Below are positions 37,443-47,431 of a DNA stretch of 64,000 nt, piece by piece. Within the stretch, counting starts at the first letter, position 1, and each line of letters opens with the position of its first letter. The DNA lies in the NCBI GenBank assembly GCA_964394715.1, contig CAYMYR010000003.1:12457-76456 (forward strand), written 5' to 3'. Origin of the DNA: an uncultured Smithella sp. Lineage in GTDB: Bacteria > Desulfobacterota > Syntrophia > Syntrophales > Smithellaceae. Under the pieces are notes generated by a model, which was not told where the DNA came from, did not search any database, and saw nothing but the letters and a program-made list of their open reading frames with translations. The position numbers and the translations under genes are program-made.

Positions 37443-38405
<963 letters not shown>

Positions 38406-38429
38406 ATAGTGATACGGGGAAAAATATTC

Positions 38430-39179
38430 ATGAAACGCAAAATCATAAAAATTGACGAAGAAAAATGCACCGGCTGCGGATTGTGTGTGCCGGGCTGCGC
38501 CGAGGAAGCCCTCAAGATCGTCGACGGCAAGGCAAAACTGGTCAAAGATATATACTGCGACGGTCTGGGGGCCTGTATCGGTGAATGTCCGGAAGGTGCT
38601 CTTTCCATTGAAGAACGTGAGGCGGATCCGTTTGACGAAAAGAAAGTCCAGGAAGCGATTGCCCGGAAAAAAGGCGAGGCGACGGCGCAGCATCTTCATG
38701 TCATGAGCGGGGCTGCTACTTGTCCAGGTTCAACTCACGCCGTCTTTGAAAGAAAAGATCAGGCCGGTCCCGGCAAAGTGCAAACGGCCGGACAGGCGTC
38801 CGAACTGACTCACTGGCCGGTTCAACTGCACTTGATCAATCCCGCCGCCGACTTTCTTCTCGGCAAAGATGTTGTGCTGGCTGCGGACTGTGTCGCGTTT
38901 ACTCTGGGGGATTTTCATCAGCGATTTCTGAAAGGAAAAAGCCTGGCCATTGCGTGTCCCAAACTCGATGATGGATTGGATGAGTATATTGATAAAATCC
39001 GGAGGATGGTGGATGAGGCCAGGATCAACACGCTGACTGTGGTGATGATGCAGGTGCCCTGCTGTCGTGGATTGATGCAGGTTGCTCAGGCCGCCCTGCA
39101 GAAGTCAGCAAGAAAAGTGCCGCTGAAAGCCGTGGTTGTCAGCATCCAGGGTGAGGTGCTTTCTGAAGAATGGGTGTAG
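38430..39179 (+). CDS. 4Fe-4S binding protein (iron-sulfur oxidoreductase-like)
   Basis: CTGCGLCVPGC, CDGLGACIGECP, HWPVQL, ACPKLD, MQVPCC. Confidence 0.85.
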   Translation: MKRKIIKIDEEKCTGCGLCVPGCAEEALKIVDGKAKLVKDIYCDGLGACIGECPEGALSIEEREADPFDEKKVQEAIARKKGEATAQHLHVMSGAATCPGSTHAVFERKDQAGPGKVQTAGQASELTHWPVQLHLINPAADFLLGKDVVLAADCVAFTLGDFHQRFLKGKSLAIACPKLDDGLDEYIDKIRRMVDEARINTLTVVMMQVPCCRGLMQVAQAALQKSARKVPLKAVVVSIQGEVLSEEWV

Positions 39180-39234
39180 GATACATCCATTCTTGTTCAC
39201 CAATGGATCCCGCATGATCAGGGAGAATAAAGAG

Positions 39235-40161
39235 ATGCCTTTCTTTACGACCAATGATGGCGTCCGTCTGCATTATCAGACAAGCGGTTCCGGAAAACCG
39301 GTATTGCTCATTCACGGACTGACGGCAAGTTCCCTTTTTTTCCAAAAACAGATTCCCGCACTGGCAGGACACTTTCAGGTGATTGCACCCGATTTGCGCG
39401 GACATGGACTGTCTGAAGCGTCAACGGACCATCTGACCATGCGCAGGCTGGCTGAAGATTTAAAACAGTTGATTGACCACCTGAATTTGTCAGAAATATC
39501 AATAATCGGCTGGTCGATGGGCGCGCACGTGATTTTTGAATACATCAAGAACCATTCGTGTGACGGAATAGAAAAAATTCTGATCATTGAGATGACGCCC
39601 AGGCTGATGAAATCAGAAGACTGGCGCCTGGGGTTGCCGGGCATTGTCAGCAGGAAACAGGGTGATTTCAGCCATGAAGATAACCTTTATCTGCTTTCCG
39701 TGATGCTGGATGATTGGGAAATCTACAGCAGGGTTGTTGTTCAGAGGATTTTAAACAAATCGCTCTATAACGAAAAAATGGAATTCAACGCCAAGGCCGA
39801 TTTTAAGGGGAAAGAAGACCTGGGCTGGCTTTATGAAGAAGCAAAAAAGAACAATGCTTCGGTCATTGCCGCTTTCTGGATTTCCATGGCTATGCAGGAT
39901 TACCGGCCGGTCTTGAAAAACATTTCGGTTCCCTGTCTTCTGGTTTACGGAACCGAAAGCAATTATTATCCGGCAGAAAATTATGACTACATGCAAAAGC
40001 AGATTCCCGATGCAAGGGTTGTTGCTTTTGAGGGCTGCGGGCATGCCCTGCATATTCAGGATCCGGAATTATTCAACCGGGTGGCAATGGATTTTTTATT
40101 GGCGGGTTTTTCTGCTTGTGAGGGCCAGCACAACGCCTCCGAGCCCGAAGGTAATGGCTAG
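39235..40161 (+). CDS. Alpha/beta hydrolase (non-heme haloperoxidase-like)
   Basis: LIHG, DLRGHG.S, GWSMG, GCGHALH. Confidence 0.87.
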   Translation: MPFFTTNDGVRLHYQTSGSGKPVLLIHGLTASSLFFQKQIPALAGHFQVIAPDLRGHGLSEASTDHLTMRRLAEDLKQLIDHLNLSEISIIGWSMGAHVIFEYIKNHSCDGIEKILIIEMTPRLMKSEDWRLGLPGIVSRKQGDFSHEDNLYLLSVMLDDWEIYSRVVVQRILNKSLYNEKMEFNAKADFKGKEDLGWLYEEAKKNNASVIAAFWISMAMQDYRPVLKNISVPCLLVYGTESNYYPAENYDYMQKQIPDARVVAFEGCGHALHIQDPELFNRVAMDFLLAGFSACEGQHNASEPEGNG

Positions 40162-40938
40162 AGCCTTGATCAGCATCCCGATGTAAAAAGGGATCCATCC
40201 GAGAAGCCACAGGATACACAACCCCACCAGCGTTTCTTTCACAATGGATTTTGGATAGCCGCGGAATATTATTGAGATGATCCAATTGCCAAGCAGTGAA
40301 CCACACGCGGTAAAGCCGATGATCGCTGCCAGAAGCAGGGCTGTGAAAGCAAGCGGTATCAATAAAATGCCGATGACAGAGATCGCCAGCAGCATAAAGA
40401 AGGGCACGATCATCAAAGTCGCCAGAAACCCCCAGAAAAAAGATTTTAGCTTGCTGGTCTGGATGGCGACAACAACAGCGTCCAGTGACCGGGGCAACAG
40501 CAGCGCCATGATCAGCGCGATAATCAGGATGATGGCGAAAAAGCACAGGGAAATTACATTGAGAATTAAAGACCAGCCCTCCAGTTCCCCCCTCATGGCC
40601 GAGTTAATGGAATCCGCAAGAGTGGCTGAATTCACTTCCGTAATGTCTCCGAAAACAAGAGAGCCGCTGCCTTTTGCCACGATGCCGCCGATTACGATCA
40701 CATTTCCCCGGACAACGGCATAATTGGTCAATACGGCGGAACCGCCGACGACAATAACATTCTGCTCAACCAGCCCGTTTATGGTTGCCTGTCCGCCGAC
40801 AACGATCACATTTTCGACTTTTTCTCCCTGTTCCACCGTGATGTCGCGTCCGGCCATGAAGATGTGTTTTGCCTCAACAGGCAATGAAAGAAGAAGCAGC
40901 AATGCCAGTGTGAAAATAACGGTAAGTTTCGTTCTCAT
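40096..40938 (-). CDS. Membrane protein with bactofilin/polymer-forming-like N-terminal repeats
   Basis: Signal peptide, repeated NVIVVGG/NVIVIGG units, then several TM helices. Confidence 0.7.
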   Translation of the reverse strand: MRTKLTVIFTLALLLLLSLPVEAKHIFMAGRDITVEQGEKVENVIVVGGQATINGLVEQNVIVVGGSAVLTNYAVVRGNVIVIGGIVAKGSGSLVFGDITEVNSATLADSINSAMRGELEGWSLILNVISLCFFAIILIIALIMALLLPRSLDAVVVAIQTSKLKSFFWGFLATLMIVPFFMLLAISVIGILLIPLAFTALLLAAIIGFTACGSLLGNWIISIIFRGYPKSIVKETLVGLCILWLLGWIPFYIGMLIKALAITFGLGGVVLALTSRKTRQ

Positions 40939-40955
40939 AAAGAAACCTTCATTGC

Positions 40956-41609
40956 CTACGCGATGTTTTGACGAGTGATCATTTTCTGACGGATGTAGGC
41001 AATGACACCCGGCATTACGGAAATGATAATGATCGCAAAAATAACGATGGTAAAGTTACTTTTGACCGCCGGAATATTGCCGAAGAAATAACCGCCCAGC
41101 AGAAAAATAAAAACCCACAGGAGGCCTCCGACGATATTATATAAAATGAATCTGGGGTAACTCATTGCCCCGACCCCGGCCACGAAAGGGGCAAATGTGC
41201 GGATAAACGGCATAAAGCGGGCGATAATAATGGTTTTCCCGCCGTGCTTTTCATAAAATTCATGTGTTTTGATCAGATATTTCTTTTTAAAGAAACGGCT
41301 TTCTTCATAATGAAAGACTTTAGGACCGATATAGTGGCCGATCGCATAGTTGACGCTGTCCCCGGCAATGGCGGCGATACTCAGCAAAATCAACAGAGCT
41401 TCAATATGAAGCGCCCCCAGCGCGGCCAGCGTTCCCAGAGCAAAAAGCAGCGAATCGCCCGGAAGAACAGGCGTGACAACAAGGCCGGTTTCGCAAAAAA
41501 TGACAAAAAAAACGATTATATAAATCCAGACGCCGAAATTTTTGATCAGATCCGGCAGATATTTATCCAAGTGGATGAAAAAATCTATAAAATAGAAGAT
41601 CAGGTCCAT
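40956..41609 (-). CDS. dedA: DedA family membrane protein
   Basis: FCETGL...LPGDSLLF, GGKTIIIARFMPFIRTFAPFVAG. Confidence 0.93.
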   Translation of the reverse strand: MDLIFYFIDFFIHLDKYLPDLIKNFGVWIYIIVFFVIFCETGLVVTPVLPGDSLLFALGTLAALGALHIEALLILLSIAAIAGDSVNYAIGHYIGPKVFHYEESRFFKKKYLIKTHEFYEKHGGKTIIIARFMPFIRTFAPFVAGVGAMSYPRFILYNIVGGLLWVFIFLLGGYFFGNIPAVKSNFTIVIFAIIIISVMPGVIAYIRQKMITRQNIA

Positions 41610-41810
41610 TTTATGGTCGTGCTCATTTCCGAGAGAAGTTTTCTTATTGCGAGACACCCTATATAGGGTTAACAGGGGGAGTGTCAACATGAAAAAGGCG
41701 GCGATGAAAAAGCAAAATGCCGAAACCGGAAAAAACATGATTGTATAAACAGGTTTCCCGGCATTCGGCGTGCGAAGCATGGGGCGGCTTTTGTATAGGA
41801 TGACGCAAAC

Positions 41811-42299
41811 TTATAAGAAATAGTAAGACATAAAGGTTACCGGGAAGACAAGCTGCGGGAAAATTTTTTCTTCCACTTTTTCAAAACCGAGTTTTTCATA
41901 CCAATCATGCAATTCCTGGTGTTCAGCAATAATGCCGACTTGCACGCGGAAAACGCCGAGGTTCATCGCTTCGGACAATGCGTGCTTCACCAGAGCTTCA
42001 CCGAATCCCTGTCGGCGCTGCCCTGGTAAAACCGCGAGGCGCTCCAGATAGCAGACCTCATCGTTTATTCTTTCCAAAGCGACGCATCCTGCGGCTTGTT
42101 CCCCAAGTTCCAGTATATAGTAGGTGACGCCCCGGTTCATTTCACGGATGATCCATTCAGAGCGGCAGTTGGAAGGATGGGTCGGGCTGTTCTGCGGGGT
42201 AAGTCCGAATTGTTCGGCAACGTCCAGAAAAGAATCCTGAATGATCTCGGCCAGAACATCGATGTCCACACTTGTCCCCACGCGTATCCTGTATTCCAT
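41811..42299 (-). CDS. GNAT family N-acetyltransferase
   Basis: LERLAVLP.QRRQGFG, WYEKLGF. Confidence 0.85.
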   Translation of the reverse strand: MEYRIRVGTSVDIDVLAEIIQDSFLDVAEQFGLTPQNSPTHPSNCRSEWIIREMNRGVTYYILELGEQAAGCVALERINDEVCYLERLAVLPGQRRQGFGEALVKHALSEAMNLGVFRVQVGIIAEHQELHDWYEKLGFEKVEEKIFPQLVFPVTFMSYYFL

Positions 42300-42454
42300 T
42301 GTCCGGCCTCCTTCAATTCCTGTTTCTGGCAATCCTAAACTATATCCGTCTTCAGCACAAGGCCGATTGGGAAAACCAAATGGTTTTATAGACGGTTATT
42401 GTTTTCACCCGATAAATTCAGCCGTATTTCCAATATATTGAATATAAGATCGCC

Positions 42455-42483
42455 TTGACATGCAGAAACATGTTTCTTATAGT
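42455..42483 (+). promoter_or_regulatory. Sigma70 promoter with a perfect 14-bp palindrome in the spacer
   Basis: TTGACA-17 nt-TATAGT, with AGAAACATGTTTCT at 42464-42477. Confidence 0.7.
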
Positions 42484-42605
42484 TCGCCGAACTAAAACGA
42501 CCTTATATCAATCCATGGTCTGTCCGGCAAATGGCGGATAAAAACCTACTGTAAAATGTAACCGGTGAAGTTGGGATGCGAATTTTTTTATAAAGGCTAG
42601 CGTTA

Positions 42606-43457
42606 ATGAATGAGTCAAAACATGTGATTGTACGTAATATGACACTGGATGAGTTTTGTCTGGCGATTGAATGGGCAGCCGGGGAAGGCTGGAACCCGGG
42701 AATACATGATGCGGATTGCTTTTACGCAGCTGATCCCAACGGATTTTTTCTTGCAGAACGAAATGGCGAACCGGTGGGGTGCCTGTCGGCTGTAGCTTAT
42801 GATGAGTTTTTTGGTTTTGCCGGGTTTTATATTGTAAAACCGGAATTACGAAACGGTGGAATCGGACATGAGTTGATTGGGAGAGCTTCGGCTTACATGG
42901 CCAACCGCACCATTGGCAATGACGCGGTCGTTGCTCAGCAGGAGGCTTATAAAAAATATGGTTTCCGGATGGCTTATCGCAATATACGTTACCGCGGGAC
43001 CGCTTCATCCGGAATGATGAATGTCTCTGAAATACTTGACTTGCGTAATATACCATTCAGCCGATTGGCCGCCTATGATCGTGAAATGTTCCCGGCCCGA
43101 CGTTCAAATTTTCTTAATTGCTGGATCAATCAGCCGGAAGGAGCGGCTCTGGGTTACGTAAAGAACGGGCAACTTTCAGGATACGGGGTGATCAGGAAAT
43201 GCCGGCAGGGTTATAAAATCGGGCCGTTGTTTGCTGATGACGAAGCCATTGCCGATCAATTATTTCTGGCTCTTACCGGAAGAATATCCGGCAAGGAATA
43301 TTTCCTCGATGTTCCCGAACCGAATTCCGCTGCCACAAGGCTCGTCAAACACTACAACATGCAAATGGTTTTTGAAACCGCCCGAATGTATTCCGGCACG
43401 GTCCCTTCGCTGCCTTTGGATAAAATATTCGGGGTGACCAGCTTCGAATTAGGGTAG
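42606..43457 (+). CDS. Two-domain GNAT acetyltransferase (YitH-like)
   Basis: EGWNPG..D, FYIVKPELRNGGIG, YKIGPLFAD, FETARMY. Confidence 0.87.
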   Translation: MNESKHVIVRNMTLDEFCLAIEWAAGEGWNPGIHDADCFYAADPNGFFLAERNGEPVGCLSAVAYDEFFGFAGFYIVKPELRNGGIGHELIGRASAYMANRTIGNDAVVAQQEAYKKYGFRMAYRNIRYRGTASSGMMNVSEILDLRNIPFSRLAAYDREMFPARRSNFLNCWINQPEGAALGYVKNGQLSGYGVIRKCRQGYKIGPLFADDEAIADQLFLALTGRISGKEYFLDVPEPNSAATRLVKHYNMQMVFETARMYSGTVPSLPLDKIFGVTSFELG

Positions 43458-43506
43458 ACCACTCTTTCTCTTTGGAGCGCAGCCTTATTATGCCGGGACT
43501 GGTAAA

Positions 43507-43533
43507 TCAGGCAGGGGTTGTGCCCCTGCCTGA
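43507..43533. terminator. Bidirectional terminator hairpin
   Basis: TCAGGCAGGGG-TTGTG-CCCCTGCCTGA between convergent genes. Confidence 0.75.
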
Positions 43534-43554
43534 CTTGATCCGGTATCCTGTTCA

Positions 43555-44367
43555 TTAACGTCTGTAGGGTGGTGGAGGAGCGTAGCCGTCATTGTCCCAG
43601 ATCCGGTTTGATGAATACCGATCAGAATAGCCACGGCAATCAATGATATTCTTTTTGCACAGCGTTTGTCTCCACTCATATTTAATCAGGATGGATTCAG
43701 CGGCCCTTCTTTCCGGATTGAACGAAACCTGATAGGAAGGTGAATATTCTTCCCGTCCATAGCCGGTTCCGGCGCTATCCATGGCTTCGGACTGAGCTGA
43801 CGGTGCTGCCGCTTTGTTTCTGGATTCGAATTTACCTTCAGATTCTGAACGGTCCTTCTTCCAGGGTGCAGGAAAAATACCGTCCCTGTGCAGCCAGAAA
43901 CGGCGCTTTTCGGGATAAGCCACTACGGCGATCACACCCATGGCGGACTCGTCGCCAAAAGCGGCTGCGTATGAATCGGGAACATCGGTAAAGTAGAAAC
44001 GGTTGATAGTATCCTGAGCCGACCGCCAGCCCGCATATTCATAGGTGGCGTATGGTTCAAGAATATACATTCTTTCATGATTTTTAAGCCATGACTTCTG
44101 ACCTGAAATGATATTGCGGCCGTCCACTGCGATCACAACACCAACTCTGCGGTTGAGTTTGTTACGGACAACAATCCTGTAATGATCCCCTTTTACAGCT
44201 TCCGCATAAACTTTTTTCAGTTTCGGGTCATTTTTTACCGGGTAGAATGGCAGCAGACGGCCGTTATCGGACACAATGCTGACCTCTACCGTGTTGCCGG
44301 TTGTTTCGGCAGCGACAAAGCTGACCCACATGAATAAAACCGCACAAATTGTTAATAATGTTTTCAT
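43555..44367 (-). CDS. Hypothetical secreted protein
   Basis: Signal peptide MKTLLTICAVLFMWVSFVAA, long ORF behind a GGAGG RBS. Confidence 0.75.
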   Translation of the reverse strand: MKTLLTICAVLFMWVSFVAAETTGNTVEVSIVSDNGRLLPFYPVKNDPKLKKVYAEAVKGDHYRIVVRNKLNRRVGVVIAVDGRNIISGQKSWLKNHERMYILEPYATYEYAGWRSAQDTINRFYFTDVPDSYAAAFGDESAMGVIAVVAYPEKRRFWLHRDGIFPAPWKKDRSESEGKFESRNKAAAPSAQSEAMDSAGTGYGREEYSPSYQVSFNPERRAAESILIKYEWRQTLCKKNIIDCRGYSDRYSSNRIWDNDGYAPPPPYRR

Positions 44368-44483
44368 GTATTTTCCTCCTTCACACTGAAAATGTTTTGT
44401 CTTTTGTTTTTTAGACAAAACAAAGTGAAGAAAAGTTCCTGTTTTTTTATTTTTTAAGGGTTTTCGTGGAAGATATTATCCTC

Positions 44484-44512
44484 TTGACAAACAAGGCACC
44501 CTCTCCTATATT
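44484..44512 (+). promoter_or_regulatory. Sigma70 promoter of the cyanophycin-associated operon
   Basis: TTGACA-17 nt-TATATT. Confidence 0.65.
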
Positions 44513-44554
44513 CGAGCCCGCTTAAATGTAAATGAAATTGTTGTCATTTTAAAA

Positions 44555-46858
44555 ATGCGACCTATGACATCCATCGCCGGCCCCCCTGCGAACACACAAA
44601 AATCACTGCCTGATTCCTGGCGTGGCGAGGTGCAAAACTGCCTCGTTGCCGGCGAGACCATTGAGTCCTGGGTGGAGATTAATCTCGATACCCGCCTTCA
44701 CTTCGCCGAAAGCCTTGTAATTATTACCAATCGTCGCCTGCTGGCGTGCAGACCGGGCAAAGGCGCATGGGAAAGCTGGGATTTTCGTGAGGGACTTTCG
44801 CTGTGCCATCGCGACCATGCCGGTATTGGCACGCTGGAGCTGGTGGACGATAGCGGCCGGCTGGCCATCTGGCACTACACCATGGGCCGCAATATGGCCG
44901 CTCTCAATGTCATGAGGGCTTTTGAGGAACAACTAGAAAGTTTCGTCACCGGTAAGCCGGTTGCCAAACCTGCAGAAATTCTCTGCCCCAGGTGCAAGGC
45001 ACCCCTTCCACCCGATGTCGAGGAGTGTCCGATTTGTACCCGGGAAACGCAGATACCACCTTCCACATGGACGCTTTTTCGCTTATGGCGATTTGCCAGG
45101 CCTTACAAAGGTCGTCTATTGGCGGGCTTTGTGCTGACGCTGGCCTCCACCGGTGCTACCCTGGTACCCCCTTACCTGACCATGCCGCTGATGGACAACG
45201 TGCTGATCCCGTTCCAGAACGGCAAGCCCATCAACGTCCACCTGGTACAGCTATACCTTAGCGGCCTGCTGGGCGCCGCCCTGCTTGCCTGGGGTCTTGG
45301 CTGGGCCCGCACCTATATCCTGGCCGTGGTGTCCGAGAGAATCGGCCGTGACCTGCGCACCGCAACTTTTGAGCATCTGTTGCAGCTGTCGCTGGAATAC
45401 TTCGGCAACAAGCGCACCGGTGATTTGATGGCCCGCATCGGTTCGGAAACGGACCGCATCAACCTCTTTCTCTCGCTTCATCTGCTGGATTTTGCCACGG
45501 ACGTTCTGATGATCGTTCTTACGTCGATCATCCTTTTTTCCATCCATCCCTGGCTGGCTGTGGTCACCCTGCTTCCCCTGCCCATCATCGCCTGGATGAT
45601 CCACACCGTTCGCGATAGACTGAGAACCGGTTTTGAGAAGGTGGACCGCATTTGGGCCGAGGTTGCCAACGTACTGGCAGACGTCATTCCCGGTATCCGT
45701 GTGGTTAAGGCCTTTGCACAGGAAAGGCGTGAAGCCGCCCGTTTCCGTGAAGCCAATCACCACAACCTGGTTTTAAACGACCGCATCAACAGGATATGGT
45801 CTCTCTTCAGTCCCACGGTGACACTGCTTACCGAAGTCGGTCTGCTGGTCGTGTGGGGTTTTGGAATCTGGCAAATCAGCAAAGGAGAGATCACCGTCGG
45901 CGTGCTTACGGCCTTCCTCGCATACATCGGACGCTTCTATACCCGGCTGGACTCCATGAGCCGAATTGTTTCCGTGACACAGAAAGCCGCTGCGGGGACC
46001 AAGCGCATCTTTGATATCCTTGACCACGTGTCCAGTGTGCCGGAGCCTGTCAACCCGGTGCATCTCACTCAGGTGCAAGGCGAGATAGAGCTAAAGAACG
46101 TCGGCTTCCGCTATGGCACCCGTGCGGTCATTCATGATGTCAGCCTCAAGATCAAACCCGGCGAAATGATCGGGCTTGTCGGTCATTCCGGCTCCGGTAA
46201 GAGTACCCTTGTGAATCTTATCTGTCGTTTCTATGACGTAACCGAAGGTGCCGTGTTCATCGACGGTGTGGACGTGCGTTCCGTTCCGGTGGCCGAGTTC
46301 CGCAGAAACATCGGACTGGTGCTACAGGATCCTTTCCTTTTCTTCGGCACCATTGCCGACAACATCGCTTATGGCAAACCGGATGCCACCCGTGAAGAAA
46401 TCATCGGTGCCGCCCGCGCGGCCCATGCCCACGAGTTTATCCTTAGTCTGCCCCACGGCTACGATTCTCTACTGGGTGAAAGGGGCCAGGGCCTTTCCGG
46501 AGGAGAGCGCCAGCGTATCTCCATCGCGCGGGCCCTGCTCATTAATCCGAAGATCCTGATTCTCGACGAGGCTACCTCTTCGGTTGACACCGAGACCGAG
46601 AAGGAGATCCAGAAAGCCCTGGATAACCTTGTGCTTGGCCGCACCACCATCGCCATCGCCCACCGCCTGTCCACCCTCCGAAAGGCCGACCGGCTCGTGG
46701 CCATGGACCGTGGCCAGATCGTGGAAATGGGCAGTCACGATGAACTGATGGCAAAGGAAGGCCACTACTACCGTCTTTACCAGGCCCAGGCCAGAAACGT
46801 TGATACCGAACCGGAAATTCCCCGTGCCGTTAGTCAGTTCAGGGAGCACGCCGCATGA
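44555..46858 (+). CDS. Cyanophycin metabolism-associated ABC exporter (N-terminal PH-like domain, Zn ribbon, TMD and NBD)
   Basis: CPRC...CPIC ribbon, 6-TM exporter domain, GHSGSGKST, LSGGERQR, ILDEATS. Confidence 0.88.
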   Translation: MRPMTSIAGPPANTQKSLPDSWRGEVQNCLVAGETIESWVEINLDTRLHFAESLVIITNRRLLACRPGKGAWESWDFREGLSLCHRDHAGIGTLELVDDSGRLAIWHYTMGRNMAALNVMRAFEEQLESFVTGKPVAKPAEILCPRCKAPLPPDVEECPICTRETQIPPSTWTLFRLWRFARPYKGRLLAGFVLTLASTGATLVPPYLTMPLMDNVLIPFQNGKPINVHLVQLYLSGLLGAALLAWGLGWARTYILAVVSERIGRDLRTATFEHLLQLSLEYFGNKRTGDLMARIGSETDRINLFLSLHLLDFATDVLMIVLTSIILFSIHPWLAVVTLLPLPIIAWMIHTVRDRLRTGFEKVDRIWAEVANVLADVIPGIRVVKAFAQERREAARFREANHHNLVLNDRINRIWSLFSPTVTLLTEVGLLVVWGFGIWQISKGEITVGVLTAFLAYIGRFYTRLDSMSRIVSVTQKAAAGTKRIFDILDHVSSVPEPVNPVHLTQVQGEIELKNVGFRYGTRAVIHDVSLKIKPGEMIGLVGHSGSGKSTLVNLICRFYDVTEGAVFIDGVDVRSVPVAEFRRNIGLVLQDPFLFFGTIADNIAYGKPDATREEIIGAARAAHAHEFILSLPHGYDSLLGERGQGLSGGERQRISIARALLINPKILILDEATSSVDTETEKEIQKALDNLVLGRTTIAIAHRLSTLRKADRLVAMDRGQIVEMGSHDELMAKEGHYYRLYQAQARNVDTEPEIPRAVSQFREHAA

Positions 46859-47322
46859 ACACTTCCAACCTTCAATTCATGCACAACTCCTTTGGCAGGC
46901 TGATTCTCATCACGGCTGAGGGCACCCGGGAAGAAGTCGTTCCCATACGCTCTTTTCCCATCGCTGCCCCGGACAAAGGCATTTCTCTGGTCGGTGCGGA
47001 TGGTCACGAAGTGGCCTGGATTGATTGCCTTGCCGATCTTGAAGACGCCCAGCGCAACCTGGTGGAAGAAGAACTGGCCAATCGCGAGTTTGTACCGGAG
47101 ATCCGCGCACTCAAAGCCATTTCCGGGTTCACGATACCCAGTACATGGAAGGTCGATACCGACCGCGGTCCCTTCACTCTTGTGCTTGAGAGCGAAGACG
47201 ATATCCACCGCATCTCCCGAACCATGCTTTTGATCTCCGATAGCAACGGTATTCATTTCCTGGTGCGTGATCTGTCTAAACTGGACCGGAACAGCCGCAA
47301 ATTTCTGGATGGATTTCTATGA
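46855..47322 (+). CDS. DUF1854 family protein
   Basis: V.PIRSFPIAAP..GISL, REFVPEI, W.VDTDRG. Confidence 0.82.
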   Translation: MNTSNLQFMHNSFGRLILITAEGTREEVVPIRSFPIAAPDKGISLVGADGHEVAWIDCLADLEDAQRNLVEEELANREFVPEIRALKAISGFTIPSTWKVDTDRGPFTLVLESEDDIHRISRTMLLISDSNGIHFLVRDLSKLDRNSRKFLDGFL

Positions 47323-47431
47323 TTCTCTGGTTTAAAATAAATAGGATGACCGGTAATTCTGACAGCCATTCCGATCTGAAGGCGATACCGGGCAGTTCAC
47401 TGTATCCTGCCAGGATACCCGGAAAGGCACC

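Noticed and set aside
40096-40161. 66-nt convergent overlap of the hydrolase and the membrane-protein gene
   Set aside because: Most simply a lost stop codon giving a short nonspecific tail, with nothing pointing to function.
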